Below are positions 34,882 through 45,779 of a stretch of 64,000 nt of DNA, one piece after another. The stretch is from an uncultured Planctomycetota bacterium (GTDB lineage Bacteria; Planctomycetota; Planctomycetia; Gemmatales; Gemmataceae), in the NCBI GenBank assembly GCA_963849325.1, contig CAWKHF010000002.1:704001-768000 (forward strand). The letters run 5' to 3'. The notes under the pieces are model-generated. The model worked only from the letters and a program-made list of their open reading frames with translations, was not told where the DNA came from and did not search any database. Within the stretch, counting starts at the first letter, position 1; each line of letters opens with the position of its first letter. The position numbers and the translations under genes are program-made.

Positions 34882-37339
34882 TCAGAACTTACTTTCGAGG
34901 GCGATGCCGACCTGACCGACGCGCGGCAACAAGGAACGGCGACACTCGGGACAGGAGACCGCGCCCAGGCGCGGAGGACGGCGGTGTGGTCGGGCGCCTT
35001 CCATTTCTCGACTTGCGGCAGAGTGGGCAAGAACTCGCTGAAGGCGTAGCGAAACCAGCGCTCCATTCGCAGGGTCAGCGCGTCGAGTTGGCCGGGGGAA
35101 CGGAAGCGCTGTTCGCCGAGCACCAACTCGCTGGAGCGCCAGCGGGCGTTGACCTCGACGACGCGCGGCCCTTCCCTGAACAGGACGCCTTGCAGGACGA
35201 CGCCACGGACACAGAGGAAAATCTGCGCCGGCCGCGGCTCGGTCACACCCGGGGAGGCCACAAGCCAGTCCGGCTCCTCCTGCCACAGCAGAAGGTCGGG
35301 GGAGCGTCCCAGCAGATCCGCACGCGCGGGGTCGGCGGCCAGGTCGAAGACGGTCAGCGGGTCGCCACAGCGGTCCCAGGGCGCGTCGCTCGCAGCGACC
35401 AGAGCAGGCGCAGGGCGTTGAGGCCCGGCACGTCGGCCGTGGCGAGCACGGCGCCCAGCGCCGGGGCCGTCTGCCCGGCGTCGAGCAGATTGCGCACCTC
35501 GAAGCCGGCCTCGAAGGCGCGATCGCACAGCAGCACGCGCAGCCGCGCCAGGTTGCCGGGAGTCCACCAGCGGGTGCGCCACCCGGCCAGCAGGTGCTCG
35601 ACGAATCGCAACGACAGACGTCCCTCGAAACAGCGCCCTAGCAGGTCAACGACCAGCGGCACCGGATCGGCGCCGCGCCCGACGGCGTCCTCGATCAGCA
35701 GACGGCGCAGGGCGGCCAGGTGGCCCGGAGGGGCGCTGCCCGCGAACAGGGCGTTCTCGGTGCGCTTGACCAGGTCGGACAGGAGCGCGGTGCGCAGGGG
35801 AGCATAGCTGTCTTCGCCGCTGACCAGCGCCAGGCCGGCCAGGAAGGCCGAGTCCTCGACACGATAGCCGTCCGCGTGCAATCGGGGGGCCAGCAACGTC
35901 CAGGCGTAGTTGCGTGCCCGGTCTCCGGCCGGTATGCGCGGCCGCCAGCGCCAGAGGGCCAGCAGATGCACCACGAGCGCCGCCAGCAGAATGCCGAGGA
36001 CCGGCGGCAACGGCCGGATGCCGCGACCCACCAGTCCAAACGCCCAGGCCAGGGCAAACAGCACGAGCGGCCCGGCGAAGACGATCAGGACGCCGCGCGG
36101 CGTCCAGAATTGTCCCGGCTCGCGGCCCTGGTATACGAGGGCGTCCGGCGTAACAATCTCCAGTTCGGTGCGTAGGCGGCGCTCGGACACTTCGACGCGG
36201 TAGCCGCCGGCGGAGAGCCGGCCGCGATAGCGATTGAGGACCAGCGGCGGCATCTCGGGCGGCACCGGCACCAGGGCGTAACACCACGGACAGCAGGCGG
36301 CGTGTTGTTCGACGGCCTCCTCGGTCAGGCTCCGTCGTGCCTCGTCATCGACGATGCCGTGCGCCAACAGCAGACGGTGAAAACGCCGCGTCCCGTCCTC
36401 GCTGTCCAGTCGCTGCACCAGCGTCCGGCAGTGGTCGAGCCATTGTGGTTCTCGCCGTTCGCGGTACAACTCGATCCACTCCTCGATCAGGGACCACGGT
36501 TCGCGGACGCGGCGGCCGTCGAGGAGCAGCCGGTGCTCGTTCCACAGGTGCCCGATCATCTCTGGGCGGCGCAGTTCGACCGAGCAGCGCGGACAGCTCA
36601 TCCGCAACTGGTCTTCCAACTTCGCGCGCAGGGCGTCGAGGACTGGGCTGTTGCCGGTGCGCAACTCGAAGCGACGCAGCCGTTCGATCGACCGCGTTTT
36701 ACTCAGGCCGCTGATGAGCGTTTGCAGGAATTCCTCGGCCAACGGTCCCTCCGCGCCGACGGTTCGCAGGGCGGCGGCGAGGGCGCCGAACTGGGCCTCG
36801 ACCGGCAGACGGCGGTCCAGCAGCAGACCGCGCAGCGGCGGCAACAGGGCAGCATCCAGCGGCTGCGGCAGGTTGGCCAGGGCGACGAGGGCGAGATGGC
36901 GAGCGAGCAATTCGCCGTCGGAGGCCAAGGCCGCCGCCAGACTGCTCGCCCCGCTTCGACCGATCACCGCCCCGAGCGAATCGATCACCGCGACGCGGCG
37001 CTCGGCCGGGACGCGCGTGAGAAGTTGACTAATTGTCGTTGCGAGGAACAAGTCGGCGCGCGGACCATGCTGCTCCACGGCGATGTCCGCCAGGGTGCGC
37101 CACGCCTCGGCGTCGCTGTGGTCGGCGATCAGGGCATCGAGCAGGGCGGCGAAGGTGTCGTTGAAGGAGCGGCGCACGCCGCGGAAGTGATAGAGGTGGT
37201 GGGCCTGGCGCAGGTGACTCTCGAAGGTGCTGGACGGCAGCGAGGCGCGGCACTCGGGGCAAACGAGCAGTGCCTCGGGTGGGACCGCGGCCAGCATCGG
37301 CCCGGGGAGGCGAGATTGCGACTTGTCGCCATCGGGCAT
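34882..37339 (-). CDS. Hypothetical membrane protein with several Zn-binding motifs; frameshifts at about 35380 and 34960
   Basis: CPEC-x10-HLRQAH, CPRC..HLWNEH, CPWC, terminal CPEC; two TM helices; consecutive overlapping ORFs. Confidence 0.6.
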
Positions 37340-37445
37340 AATCGCCACCGCCAAGGAGCGAAACAGACGTCCCCGCGACCTCTGCTCCCCCCGTTGCAGC
37401 ATAGCCGTCCGGCGTTCCGCGTGCAATCGCGCCGCACGCGGCCCT

Positions 37446-38097
37446 CTACAGGATGCGATACTCGCCGAACACCTCGCGGATGCTGCGGCCGCGAGCCAAT
37501 TCCTCGCGGACGCGGTTCTCGCCTGTCACCTTTTCCAGGGCGCGCACGAACGCCGTCTCGGCCGCCTCGATTGGCACCACAACGACGCCGTCGATGTCGC
37601 CGAAGACCCAGTCGCCCGGCCGGACCAGGCAATCGCCGACGCGGATCGGCCGGCCGTGGCTGACGCCGTTGAGCCGGCCCTTCGAGTCCAGCGGGCTGAA
37701 ACCGGCGGCGAACACGGGGAAATCCATGGCTGAGAATGCGCGCCGCGTCGCGGGTCAGACCGTCGAGGACGACGCCGACCGCTCCGTGGGCGCGGGCCGC
37801 CGTCGAGAGCAGTTCGCCCCACAGGGCGCTGCTGCGATCGCCATGGGTCGTGGCCACCAGCACCTCTCCCGGCCGCAGTGCGTCGAGGCACTCCAGTTCG
37901 ACGGCGTAGGGATGCAACGGCTCGGCCGCGACCGACATGGCGCTGAGCGTCGCGGCCCGGCCGAACACCTTCCAGGTCGGACGCAGCGGCCGCACACTCG
38001 GCGGTAGAGCACTGTGGCGATGGCCGAGACCGTCGAGGACGTTGGCGAGGACGGCGCTGGAGAGCAGATCGCGGGTCTCGTCCGGCGGAGATGGCAT
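37446..38097 (-). CDS. RraA / HMG aldolase family protein; frameshift at about 37730
   Basis: VFGRAAT, ALWGELLSTAA, GVVLDGLTRD, VRPGDWVFGDIDGVVVVP. Confidence 0.85.
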
Positions 38098-38113
38098 GAG
38101 ACGCTCCAAACGC

Positions 38114-38170
38114 CTCCGAGCCTGAAGCGTTAGCGAAGAGATATTCTTCGCTGACGCTTCAGGCTCGGAG
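38114..38170. repeat. REP-like palindrome, family B variant
   Basis: CTCCGAGCCTGAAGCGTTAGCGAAG...CTTCGCTGACGCTTCAGGCTCGGAG. Confidence 0.85.
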
Positions 38171-38189
38171 TTGCCGCGTCTTGCGGCGG

Positions 38190-38777
38190 TCATTCGCGGA
38201 AGTCGCTGTGACAGTTGGTGCAGCTGGCGCTGAGGTTGTTGGCCGCCGCCTTGATCTTGTTGACATCGTTGCCCTTGGCGGCCTTGATTAATTCGTCGGC
38301 GCCCTTGCGCATGTCCTGATCGTATTCCTTCCACTTGGCCGGGTTCTTCTTGGCGTACTGGTTGGCGTACAGATCGGCCACCTCGGCGATGGCCCGGCTC
38401 ATTTCGCCGGCCTTGACGAGGTCATCCTTCATCTCCAGGATCTTTTTGGGACTCGTCTTGCCGGTACGGCTGCCGACTTTGCCAATCTCGCGCTCGATGT
38501 CGCCGCCGTCCTTGCCCATGCCGATACCGCCCTTGTTGCGCGGTTTGTACACCCACATGATGGGCTTCAGCTCCTCAAACTTTTTCTTCATCGCCTGGGC
38601 CTGGCTTTTGACGTCGCCCTTGTTACTCTTCATCGAGTCCATCAGCTTGAGGACGGCTTCCTGAGCCTCCTTGATGGCTTTCTTGTCCTCGTCGTCGTCC
38701 GCGCTGTAGCCGGTCAGCGACCACAGACTCAGGGCCAGCAAGGCTCCGGCGAACGTGATACCTGCGCGCCGTTTCAT
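38190..38777 (-). CDS. Exported cytochrome c'-like four-helix cytochrome c
   Basis: Signal peptide; C-terminal SCTNCHSDFR. Confidence 0.85.
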   Translation of the reverse strand: MKRRAGITFAGALLALSLWSLTGYSADDDEDKKAIKEAQEAVLKLMDSMKSNKGDVKSQAQAMKKKFEELKPIMWVYKPRNKGGIGMGKDGGDIEREIGKVGSRTGKTSPKKILEMKDDLVKAGEMSRAIAEVADLYANQYAKKNPAKWKEYDQDMRKGADELIKAAKGNDVNKIKAAANNLSASCTNCHSDFRE

Positions 38778-38847
38778 CGGGGTTACTCCGTGGATCAGGG
38801 GTTCGGAGAGGCGGCGAAACGAAGTTCGTTGTGGACAAGCCCTCAAG

Positions 38848-39452
38848 TCATTCGTTGCGGAAGACGCCGTGACATTCGGTGCAGCTGGCGCTGAGGTTGC
38901 CGGCGGCCTTCTGGATCGCCGCGCCGCTATTGCCCTTGGCCGCCTTGCTCAACTCGTCGGCGCCCTTGCGCATCTTCTCCGTGAATTCCTTCCACTTGGC
39001 GGGGTTCTTCTTGCCGTTGTCATCTTTGTATTGATTGGCATAGAGTTCCGTCACTTCGGCGACGGCTCGGCTGATTTCGGCGGCCTTGGCGAGGTCCATT
39101 TTCATGTCGAGTCTCTTTTTCTCCGTCATCCCCTTGGCGCTGCGCGTTGCCGACCTTGCCGATCGTCAGCTCAATGTCGTCGCCGTCCTTGCCCAGGCCG
39201 ATGCCGTCTTTCTTGCGCGACTTGTACACCCACATGATGGGCTTCAATTCCTCGAACTTCTTCTTCATGGCCTGGGCCTGCGCCTTGACATCGCCCTTGT
39301 TGCCGTTCATCGCGTCCACCAGCTTGAGGACGGCTTGCTGGGCATCCTTGATGGCCTTCTTGTCTTCGTCGTCGTCCGCGCTGTAGCCGGTCAGCGACCA
39401 CAGACTCAGGGCCAGCAAGGCCCCGGCGAACGTGATACCTGCGCCGTTTCAT
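38848..39452 (-). CDS. Tandem paralog cytochrome c'-like protein; frameshifts at about 39445 and 39140
   Basis: N-terminus nearly identical to the 38777 gene; C-terminal SCTECHGVFR. Confidence 0.8.
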
Positions 39453-39705
39453 GGGGTTACTCCGTAGATCAGGGGTCCGGAGAGAAGGTTATTCCTCGCG
39501 CCCGTGGACGACAAGTCCGCCCGGCGAATGACCCACGCCGCATTCTCCTCTCCGGCGGAAATGTCATCATAAAGTGCGCGCGCGACATTGCAAGAGGCGG
39601 CCCCTTCTTTCCTCGCGAACTTTTGCCACGGCCGGCATTGCAATCTATGCTTGAAGGCGGCGTCTTCCACGGCGGCAGCCCGCTCCGGTCCCTGGGAAAC
39701 GAAAC

Positions 39706-42102
39706 ATGCAACCGCTTGCGTCCGAGATCGTAGACGGACAGACCCGAGTCTATTCCCCGGCCAGCCCGGCCGACGCGCCCTCACGCTCGAAGCGCGAAGT
39801 CATCGTCGGCGTCTTGCGGCATGGCGAGCCGGAGAGCAAGCCAGGAAGTCAGCCGGCGAGAGAACCGGAGCTGCCCCGCGCCTCCGCCAGCCTGCACGCC
39901 GATGCGCGCTCTTTCCTCAACAAGCTCGTTCGCCTGTCGCTGGTGACTCCCGATGGTGTCGATCTTTTCCTCAGCGAGCGCGAGGACCGGCTGGCGGAGT
40001 ATCCGACGGGGGTACACATCGGTCAGGCGCTGGTGCAGGCCGGCATCTTGACGAACTACCAGCTCGACCGCGTCCTGGCGGGGACGACGCACGGTCTGGT
40101 GTTGGGCAACTATCGCGTTTTGGATACGCTGGGCAGCGGCGGCATGGGCGTGGTCTTCCTCGCCGAGCACAGCCTGATGAAGCGGCGCGTGGCCGTCAAG
40201 GTGCTGCCGGTGGACGAGGACTGTGCGCCTTCGGTGCGGCAGCGCTTCTACGCCGAAATGCGCGTCCTGGCCGAGTTGTGCCACACGCACATCGTCCTGG
40301 CCTACGACGCCGGCGAGGTGGTGCCCGACGACGAGACCTTGCCGGAGCTGATCTACCTGGTCATGGAGCAGGTCGAGGGCGGCGACCTGGAGCGGCACGT
40401 CCTGGACAAAGGGCCGTGTGACGCGGCGACGGCATGTCACTTCATCCACCAGGCGGCCAGTGGTTTGCAGGCGGCCCACGATCGCCACCTGGTCCACCGC
40501 GACATCAAGCCGTCCAACATTCTGCTGTCCTCGACCGGCCAGATCAAGCTCGTCGATTTCGGTTTGGCCCGGCAATTTTGCAGTCGGCTGACCGACCCGC
40601 GTGCGCTGCTGGGCAGCCTGGAGTTCATGCCGCCGGAGCAGAGCCACGACCCGTCGGCGGTCGGCAAGGAGGCGGACATCTACGGCCTGGGCGCGACACT
40701 GTTCTGGCTGCTGACCGGCGAACCGCCTTACCCGGTGGAGCGGCACGTCGGCGCCGCCCTGCGGAAGTTGCAGCAACAGGAGCCGCGACGGCTGCGCGAC
40801 CTGCGGCCGGACGCCCCGGAAGCGCTGGACCATCTCATCGCGCAGATGCTGGACCGTAATCCACTGCGACGGCCGGCGACGCCGTTGGCCGTCATGAACG
40901 CCTTGACGCCCTTCCTGGTCCAGGAGCCGGGGTTGCGTCTGCAAACCGGCGGCGATCGCCGGACAGAGGCCGCGTCTCCATCCGCCGGCGCCCGCCGCCG
41001 CCGCGTCCTGATCGTGGACGACGAGCAGCACATCCGCTTGCTGCACCGCGTCATCCTGCAATCGCTCGACTGCGACTGCATCGATGCGGTGGACGGCACC
41101 TCGGCCCTGGCCGCGGCGATGTCCAGCGGACCCAACGGCGGACCCTTCGACCTCATCCTGCTCGACCTGAACCTGCCGGACATGGACGGCTACGAGGTGT
41201 GCCGCCACCTGCGCGAGCGCTCGGCCAACGCGCACTTGAAGATCATCGTCGTCTCCGGCCGCGGCGATCAGAACGACCTGGCCGAATCGCTGCCGCGCGG
41301 CGCCGACGATTACATTCCCAAGCCGTTCGAGCCGCGCCAGCTGATGGCCAAGGTCGGCCACGCCCTGCGTCTGAAGGAGACGCAGGAGCGCGTTCACCTG
41401 CTGACCGAGCAGCTGATGCTGACCAATCAGCAGTTGCAGCAGAGCCTGGAATCGCGCGGCGAGGACGTGCGCCAGGCCCACGATGCGCTGTTGTTCACGA
41501 TGGCCAAGATGGTCGAGTCCCGCGATGGCGAAACGCCCGGCCACCAACGCCGCTTGCAACTGTACGCGCGCGTCCTGGCCCAACAGGCGGCCCGCCGAGC
41601 GCCGTGGCAGGGACTGGTGGACGACCGCTTCCTCGAACAGATGCAGCGCTGCATCCCGCTGCACGACATCGGCAAGATCGGCTTGCCCGACGAGGTGCTG
41701 TTCAAGCCGGGCCAACTGACGGCCTCGGAGCGTGCCCTGGTGGAGTCGCACGCGCTGATCGGCGACCGCATGTTGGAAGGGCTGGGCAAGGCCCACGGTC
41801 ATTCGCTGGAGTTTTTGGGCCTGGCGCGGGCGATCGTGCGGCACCATCACGAGCACTGGGATGGTCGAGGCTATCCCGACCGTCTGTCCGGCGACGCCAT
41901 TCCGGCCGCGGCACGCCTGGTCGCCGTCGCAGACGCCTACGACGCCCTGCGCCGGAAACGGCCTTACAAGGACGCCATGTCCCACCAGCAGGCCATCGAG
42001 GTCCTGCATGATTCCGAGGGGCACTTCGATCCGGCGCTGCTGACGGCGCTGACGGCGTGCGCCGATGAGTTCGAGCGCATCTACCGCGACATCTGCGAAT
42101 AA
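39706..42102 (+). CDS. Ser/Thr protein kinase-REC-HD-GYP fusion protein
   Basis: [31 protein letters not shown] and [28 protein letters not shown]. Confidence 0.92.
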   Translation: MQPLASEIVDGQTRVYSPASPADAPSRSKREVIVGVLRHGEPESKPGSQPAREPELPRASASLHADARSFLNKLVRLSLVTPDGVDLFLSEREDRLAEYPTGVHIGQALVQAGILTNYQLDRVLAGTTHGLVLGNYRVLDTLGSGGMGVVFLAEHSLMKRRVAVKVLPVDEDCAPSVRQRFYAEMRVLAELCHTHIVLAYDAGEVVPDDETLPELIYLVMEQVEGGDLERHVLDKGPCDAATACHFIHQAASGLQAAHDRHLVHRDIKPSNILLSSTGQIKLVDFGLARQFCSRLTDPRALLGSLEFMPPEQSHDPSAVGKEADIYGLGATLFWLLTGEPPYPVERHVGAALRKLQQQEPRRLRDLRPDAPEALDHLIAQMLDRNPLRRPATPLAVMNALTPFLVQEPGLRLQTGGDRRTEAASPSAGARRRRVLIVDDEQHIRLLHRVILQSLDCDCIDAVDGTSALAAAMSSGPNGGPFDLILLDLNLPDMDGYEVCRHLRERSANAHLKIIVVSGRGDQNDLAESLPRGADDYIPKPFEPRQLMAKVGHALRLKETQERVHLLTEQLMLTNQQLQQSLESRGEDVRQAHDALLFTMAKMVESRDGETPGHQRRLQLYARVLAQQAARRAPWQGLVDDRFLEQMQRCIPLHDIGKIGLPDEVLFKPGQLTASERALVESHALIGDRMLEGLGKAHGHSLEFLGLARAIVRHHHEHWDGRGYPDRLSGDAIPAAARLVAVADAYDALRRKRPYKDAMSHQQAIEVLHDSEGHFDPALLTALTACADEFERIYRDICE

Positions 42103-42105
42103 GGG

Positions 42106-42170
42106 TTCGTTTAGCCGCGACGCGCAGCGGAGCGCGTTGCGCGCTCCGCTGCGCGTCGCGGCTAAACGAA
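42106..42170. repeat. REP-like palindrome, family A (possible bidirectional terminator)
   Basis: Fills the gap between convergent stops at 42102 and 42174. Confidence 0.9.
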
Positions 42171-42173
42171 TCC

Positions 42174-43343
42174 TTATTCCAGCCAACTATACGGATAATT
42201 CGGGTCGTCGATATCCATCGCCGCTCGCGTCAGTCGCAAGGGCTGCACGGTATCGATCATGACGGCCAGTTCGTCCGTGCGCGTCAGGGCTCGGCTGGCG
42301 ACGATGGTGCCGGGGTGCGGCCCGTGTGGGATGCCGCGCGGGTGCAGCGTGAACGACCCCTCTTCGACGCCGCGACGACTGCCGAACTGGCCGCGCACGT
42401 AGTACAGAACTTCGTCGGCCTGTACGTTGGAATGCGCGTAGGGAACCTTGATCGCTTCGGGGTGCGTGTCCAGCAGGCGCGGCGCGAAGGTACACAGCAC
42501 GAAGCCGGTCGCCTCGAACGTCTGCTGCACCGGCGGCGGCTGATGCACTGTGCCGGTGATCGGCTCGAAATCGTCGGCGTTGAACGTGAACGGATAGACA
42601 AAGCCGTCCCAGCCGACCACATCGAAGGGGTGCTGCGCCAACGTGTAGCGTGTCAGACGGCAGCCATCCTTGATGAGGACCGTCGTGTCCTCCTCGCGGT
42701 CGATCACCAGCGGTTCGCGTGGACCGTGCAGATCGCGCTCGGCGAACGGTGCCCCCAGCCGCAGCTGGCCATCAGGGTTGAGGTAGCGCGGCGGGATGAC
42801 CACGTTGTTCGCCGCCTCGACGATGAGCAGGTCCGGCTGGATGCCGGCATCGAAATCGAGGCGATACGTCGTGCAGTGGGGGATGACGATGTAATCGAAG
42901 GGCTTGAACGACAGCACGCCGAACAGGCTCGACAGGGTGCCGTGCCCCTTGTGGATGAACAGCACTTCATCGGCGGTGGCGTTGCGATACAGTTCCGCCT
43001 GCGGCTGCGCCGGCCGGCAGAGGGCGATGGTCACGTCGGCGTTGACCAGCAGCGGCACGCGGCCGGTGATCGGATCGCCGGCCGGTTTCATGTTCCCGGA
43101 CTTCAGATGATGATGGCGCAGCGCCGATTCCTCGGCGAATTCCAGATCCAAGCGGCCGGCGGCTTCGATCTTGCGGACGCGCGTCGGCGGCCGGAGGTGG
43201 TAGGCGATGCTGTAGGCGCGGCCGAAGCCGGCCGTGGTGACGACTTCTTCGTAGTAGATGCCCTCGTTGCGATAGCCCGGCTCATGCCGGTGGGCGATGT
43301 GCCGCTTGCGCGGCAGCGATCCCATCTGACGATACGGCGGCAT
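42174..43343 (-). CDS. hmgA: Homogentisate 1,2-dioxygenase
   Basis: HPFDVVGWDG, HQPPP, PYAHSNV..DEVLYY, LHPRGIPHGPHP, ELAVMIDT; next to hppD. Confidence 0.92.
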   Translation of the reverse strand: MPPYRQMGSLPRKRHIAHRHEPGYRNEGIYYEEVVTTAGFGRAYSIAYHLRPPTRVRKIEAAGRLDLEFAEESALRHHHLKSGNMKPAGDPITGRVPLLVNADVTIALCRPAQPQAELYRNATADEVLFIHKGHGTLSSLFGVLSFKPFDYIVIPHCTTYRLDFDAGIQPDLLIVEAANNVVIPPRYLNPDGQLRLGAPFAERDLHGPREPLVIDREEDTTVLIKDGCRLTRYTLAQHPFDVVGWDGFVYPFTFNADDFEPITGTVHQPPPVQQTFEATGFVLCTFAPRLLDTHPEAIKVPYAHSNVQADEVLYYVRGQFGSRRGVEEGSFTLHPRGIPHGPHPGTIVASRALTRTDELAVMIDTVQPLRLTRAAMDIDDPNYPYSWLE

Positions 43344-43368
43344 GAAGCACCTCCGGAAGAAGAAGAAG

Positions 43369-43488
43369 AATTAACCACAGATGAACACAGATAAACACGG
43401 ATAAAAAAAGAGAGAAGAGAAGGTTCAAGGGACGTGCTCATTGGTTCTTTGATTATCCGTGTTCATCTGTGTTCATCTGTGGTTAATT
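43369..43488. mobile_element. MITE-like element, family C
   Basis: AATTAACCACAGATGAACACAGATAAACACGGAT...ATCCGTGTTCATCTGTGTTCATCTGTGGTTAATT. Confidence 0.7.
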
Positions 43489-43492
43489 GATT

Positions 43493-44599
43493 TTAGAGGG
43501 TGCCGCGGCGGGCCTGTTCGCGCTCGATGGCCTCGAACAGCGCCTTGAAGTTGCCCTTGCCGAAACTCTTCGAGCCGTGCCGCTCGATGATCTCGAAGAA
43601 CACCGTCGGCCGATCCTCGACCGGCTTGGTGAAGATTTGCAGCATGTAGCCCTCGTCGTCGCGGTCCACGAGGATGCCCAGTTCGGCCAACTCCGCCATG
43701 TCCTCGTCGATGGCGCCGACGCGCTCCGGCAGCATGTCGTAGTAGGCGCGCGGCACGCGCAGGAAGGAGACGTCGTTGTGCCGCAGTGCCCGCACCGTCT
43801 CGACGATGTTGTCGGTCGCCAGGGCGATGTGCTGCACGCCGGGGCCGTGGTAGAAGTTCAGGTACTCCTCGATCTGCGAACGGCGACGACTTTGGGCCGG
43901 CTCGTTGATCGGGAACTTGATGCGGCCGCCGCCGCCCTGCACCACCTTCGACATCAGCGCCGAGTATTCCGTGCTGATGTCCTTGTCGTCGAAGCTGACC
44001 AGCTGCGAGAAGCCGAGCACGCGCTCGTAGAAGCGCACCCACTCGTCCATCTTGCCTTCCTCGACGTTGCCGACGATGTGGTCGATCGCCTTGAGGCCGA
44101 CCGGATGGAACGTGCGCGGGCTGTAGCGGTCGGCGTCGAGCGGCTTGTAGCCGGGTGCGAAGACGCCGCGGTAGCGGTCGCGGTTGACGAAGCTGTGCGT
44201 CGTGTCGCCGTAGGCGCGGATGACGGCATATTCGTAAACGCCGTTCTCGTCTTCGAGCAGCGTCGGCGGCGTGACGCCGACGGCGCCGCGCTCCGTGGCG
44301 ATGCGGTAGGCGGCGGCCACGTCCTCGACTTCCAGGGCGATGTCCTGCACGCCGTCGCCGTGCTCGATGATGCGATAACTGTCCGGGTGCTGCGGCCCGA
44401 GCGGCGAGGCGAGGACGAAGGTGATGTCGCCCTGGCGCAGGACGTAGCCGGCTTCGTGACGGGTCTTGGTCTCCAGGCCGGCGTAGGCGATCACATCGAA
44501 GCCGAAGGCGTTGCGGTAGAAGTAGGCCGACTGCCGGGCGTTGCCGACGAAGAAGCGAACGTGATCGATACCGCGGAGGGGGATGTCGGAATCGCTCAT
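43493..44599 (-). CDS. hppD: 4-hydroxyphenylpyruvate dioxygenase
   Basis: IDHIVGNV, SALMSKVV, GPGVQHIAL, LQIFTKP, FFEIIER, FGKGNFKALFEAIEREQ. Confidence 0.96.
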   Translation of the reverse strand: MSDSDIPLRGIDHVRFFVGNARQSAYFYRNAFGFDVIAYAGLETKTRHEAGYVLRQGDITFVLASPLGPQHPDSYRIIEHGDGVQDIALEVEDVAAAYRIATERGAVGVTPPTLLEDENGVYEYAVIRAYGDTTHSFVNRDRYRGVFAPGYKPLDADRYSPRTFHPVGLKAIDHIVGNVEEGKMDEWVRFYERVLGFSQLVSFDDKDISTEYSALMSKVVQGGGGRIKFPINEPAQSRRRSQIEEYLNFYHGPGVQHIALATDNIVETVRALRHNDVSFLRVPRAYYDMLPERVGAIDEDMAELAELGILVDRDDEGYMLQIFTKPVEDRPTVFFEIIERHGSKSFGKGNFKALFEAIEREQARRGTL

Positions 44600-44614
44600 G
44601 GCATAATCCTTTTC

Positions 44615-44679
44615 GTTTAGCCGCGACGCGCAGCGGAGCGCGGGATGCTCCCGCGCTCCGCTGCGCGTCGCGGCTAAAC
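44615..44679. repeat. REP-like palindrome, family A, containing the phhA stop codon
   Basis: The TAG of GTTTAG (44674-44676, minus strand) ends phhA. Confidence 0.9.
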
Positions 44680-45580
44680 CTGCGCGAGTACGGGAATCCC
44701 GAAGCGACGGACCAGCGCCTCCAGCTCGCGGCGCAGGAACGGCAGCGACGGGGCGATGAACAGCTGGTCCTGCATCCGCGACGGATCGTAGTCCGTCTCG
44801 ATGACCACGTCGGTCACGAACGGCCGCCGCGTCACCTCCGCCGACAGCAGCGAATAAGGGATCTCGCCGGTCGAAGAAAGGATGCCGGCCCCGAACACCT
44901 TGGTTTCGTCGCCCTCCTCGATCAGACCGAACTCGATGCTGAACCAGCTGAACCGCTTCAGGGCCAGCACCTGATCGCCGTGGGTCGTGGTCGCCACGGC
45001 CTTGCCGATGAGGGTGAGCAGCTCGGCGTAATCGCGGTTCATCAGCGGCGGGACGTGGCCGAGGCAGTCGTGGATCATGTCCGGCTCGGGCGTGAACTCC
45101 GGGTGCGAGCCGTGGCGGAGGAACTGCGTCACCGGAAAGCCGCGGTCGCCGATGTACTGGTAAAAGGTCCGGTACGGCAGAGCGCCCTCGGCCGGGACGA
45201 GGTGCATGTTCGTCTCGCGCCGCAGCCGGTCGCTCAGGTGCCGCAGCTGCGGGATCTCGCTCGCGGGTGATGGCGAGTTCGCGCTTGGCGTCGAGGTAAA
45301 TCCGGCTCGCGTGCTTCTGGTGCAGCTCGTCCAGCTTCGGGCTGACCTCGCGCCAGATCCGCGTTTCTTCCGGGGTGTAGTGGATGATCGGCGGGCCGAG
45401 ACCGCCCAGGCGGTGACGCCGGCACAGGGCGAACAGTTCCTTCCGCCGTGCGATGTACTCCGCATCGCCCAGGCCGGGGTGTCCCGGCTCCAGTTCCAGT
45501 TCGGTCACGTCCGGCGGCGTCACCATCATGCCGGCATCGATGGGCGCCCCATATTCGACAAGCGTAGCGGCTTTTTTCAT
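44674..45580 (-). CDS. phhA: Phenylalanine 4-hydroxylase; frameshift at about 45260
   Basis: HPG..D..Y..RR, FPVTQFLR, TPEPDMIHDCLGHVPPL, WFSIEFGLI, GAGILSS.GE. Confidence 0.9.
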
Positions 45581-45779
45581 GACGATTGCCTCTGACGTGT
45601 GCTCCGGGACGGGCCTGTCTGATCGGCGAAGGGTCTCCTTAGATATTTTACCCCTGCTTCGGGGCCGGAACAACGGCGGAGGGGTGGCCGGTATGGGCGG
45701 ACCCTTGCGGGCGCCGCGCTCGCCTGCTATCTTGCGGGTCGCCCGGAAAAGCCGTTACACCCTTGGGAACATTCCAGCC

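Noticed and set aside
39540-39705. Sigma-54 promoter in the divergent intergenic region
   Set aside because: The TGGCA...GC candidates lack the required GG-N10-GC spacing.
39781-42186. Long antisense ORFs (801 aa here; similar ones at 4323, 6476, 10237, 24457, 48386)
   Set aside because: They lie opposite well-supported genes; a typical high-GC shadow effect with no recognisable motifs.
6146-44679. Family A repeats as a CRISPR array
   Set aside because: Copies are dispersed singly, with no regular spacers and no cas genes.
43493-45673. Apparent 726-aa PhhA-HppD fusion ORF
   Set aside because: Artefact of the phhA frameshift plus read-through of a stop-free REP frame; hppD has its own RBS and ATG at 44599.
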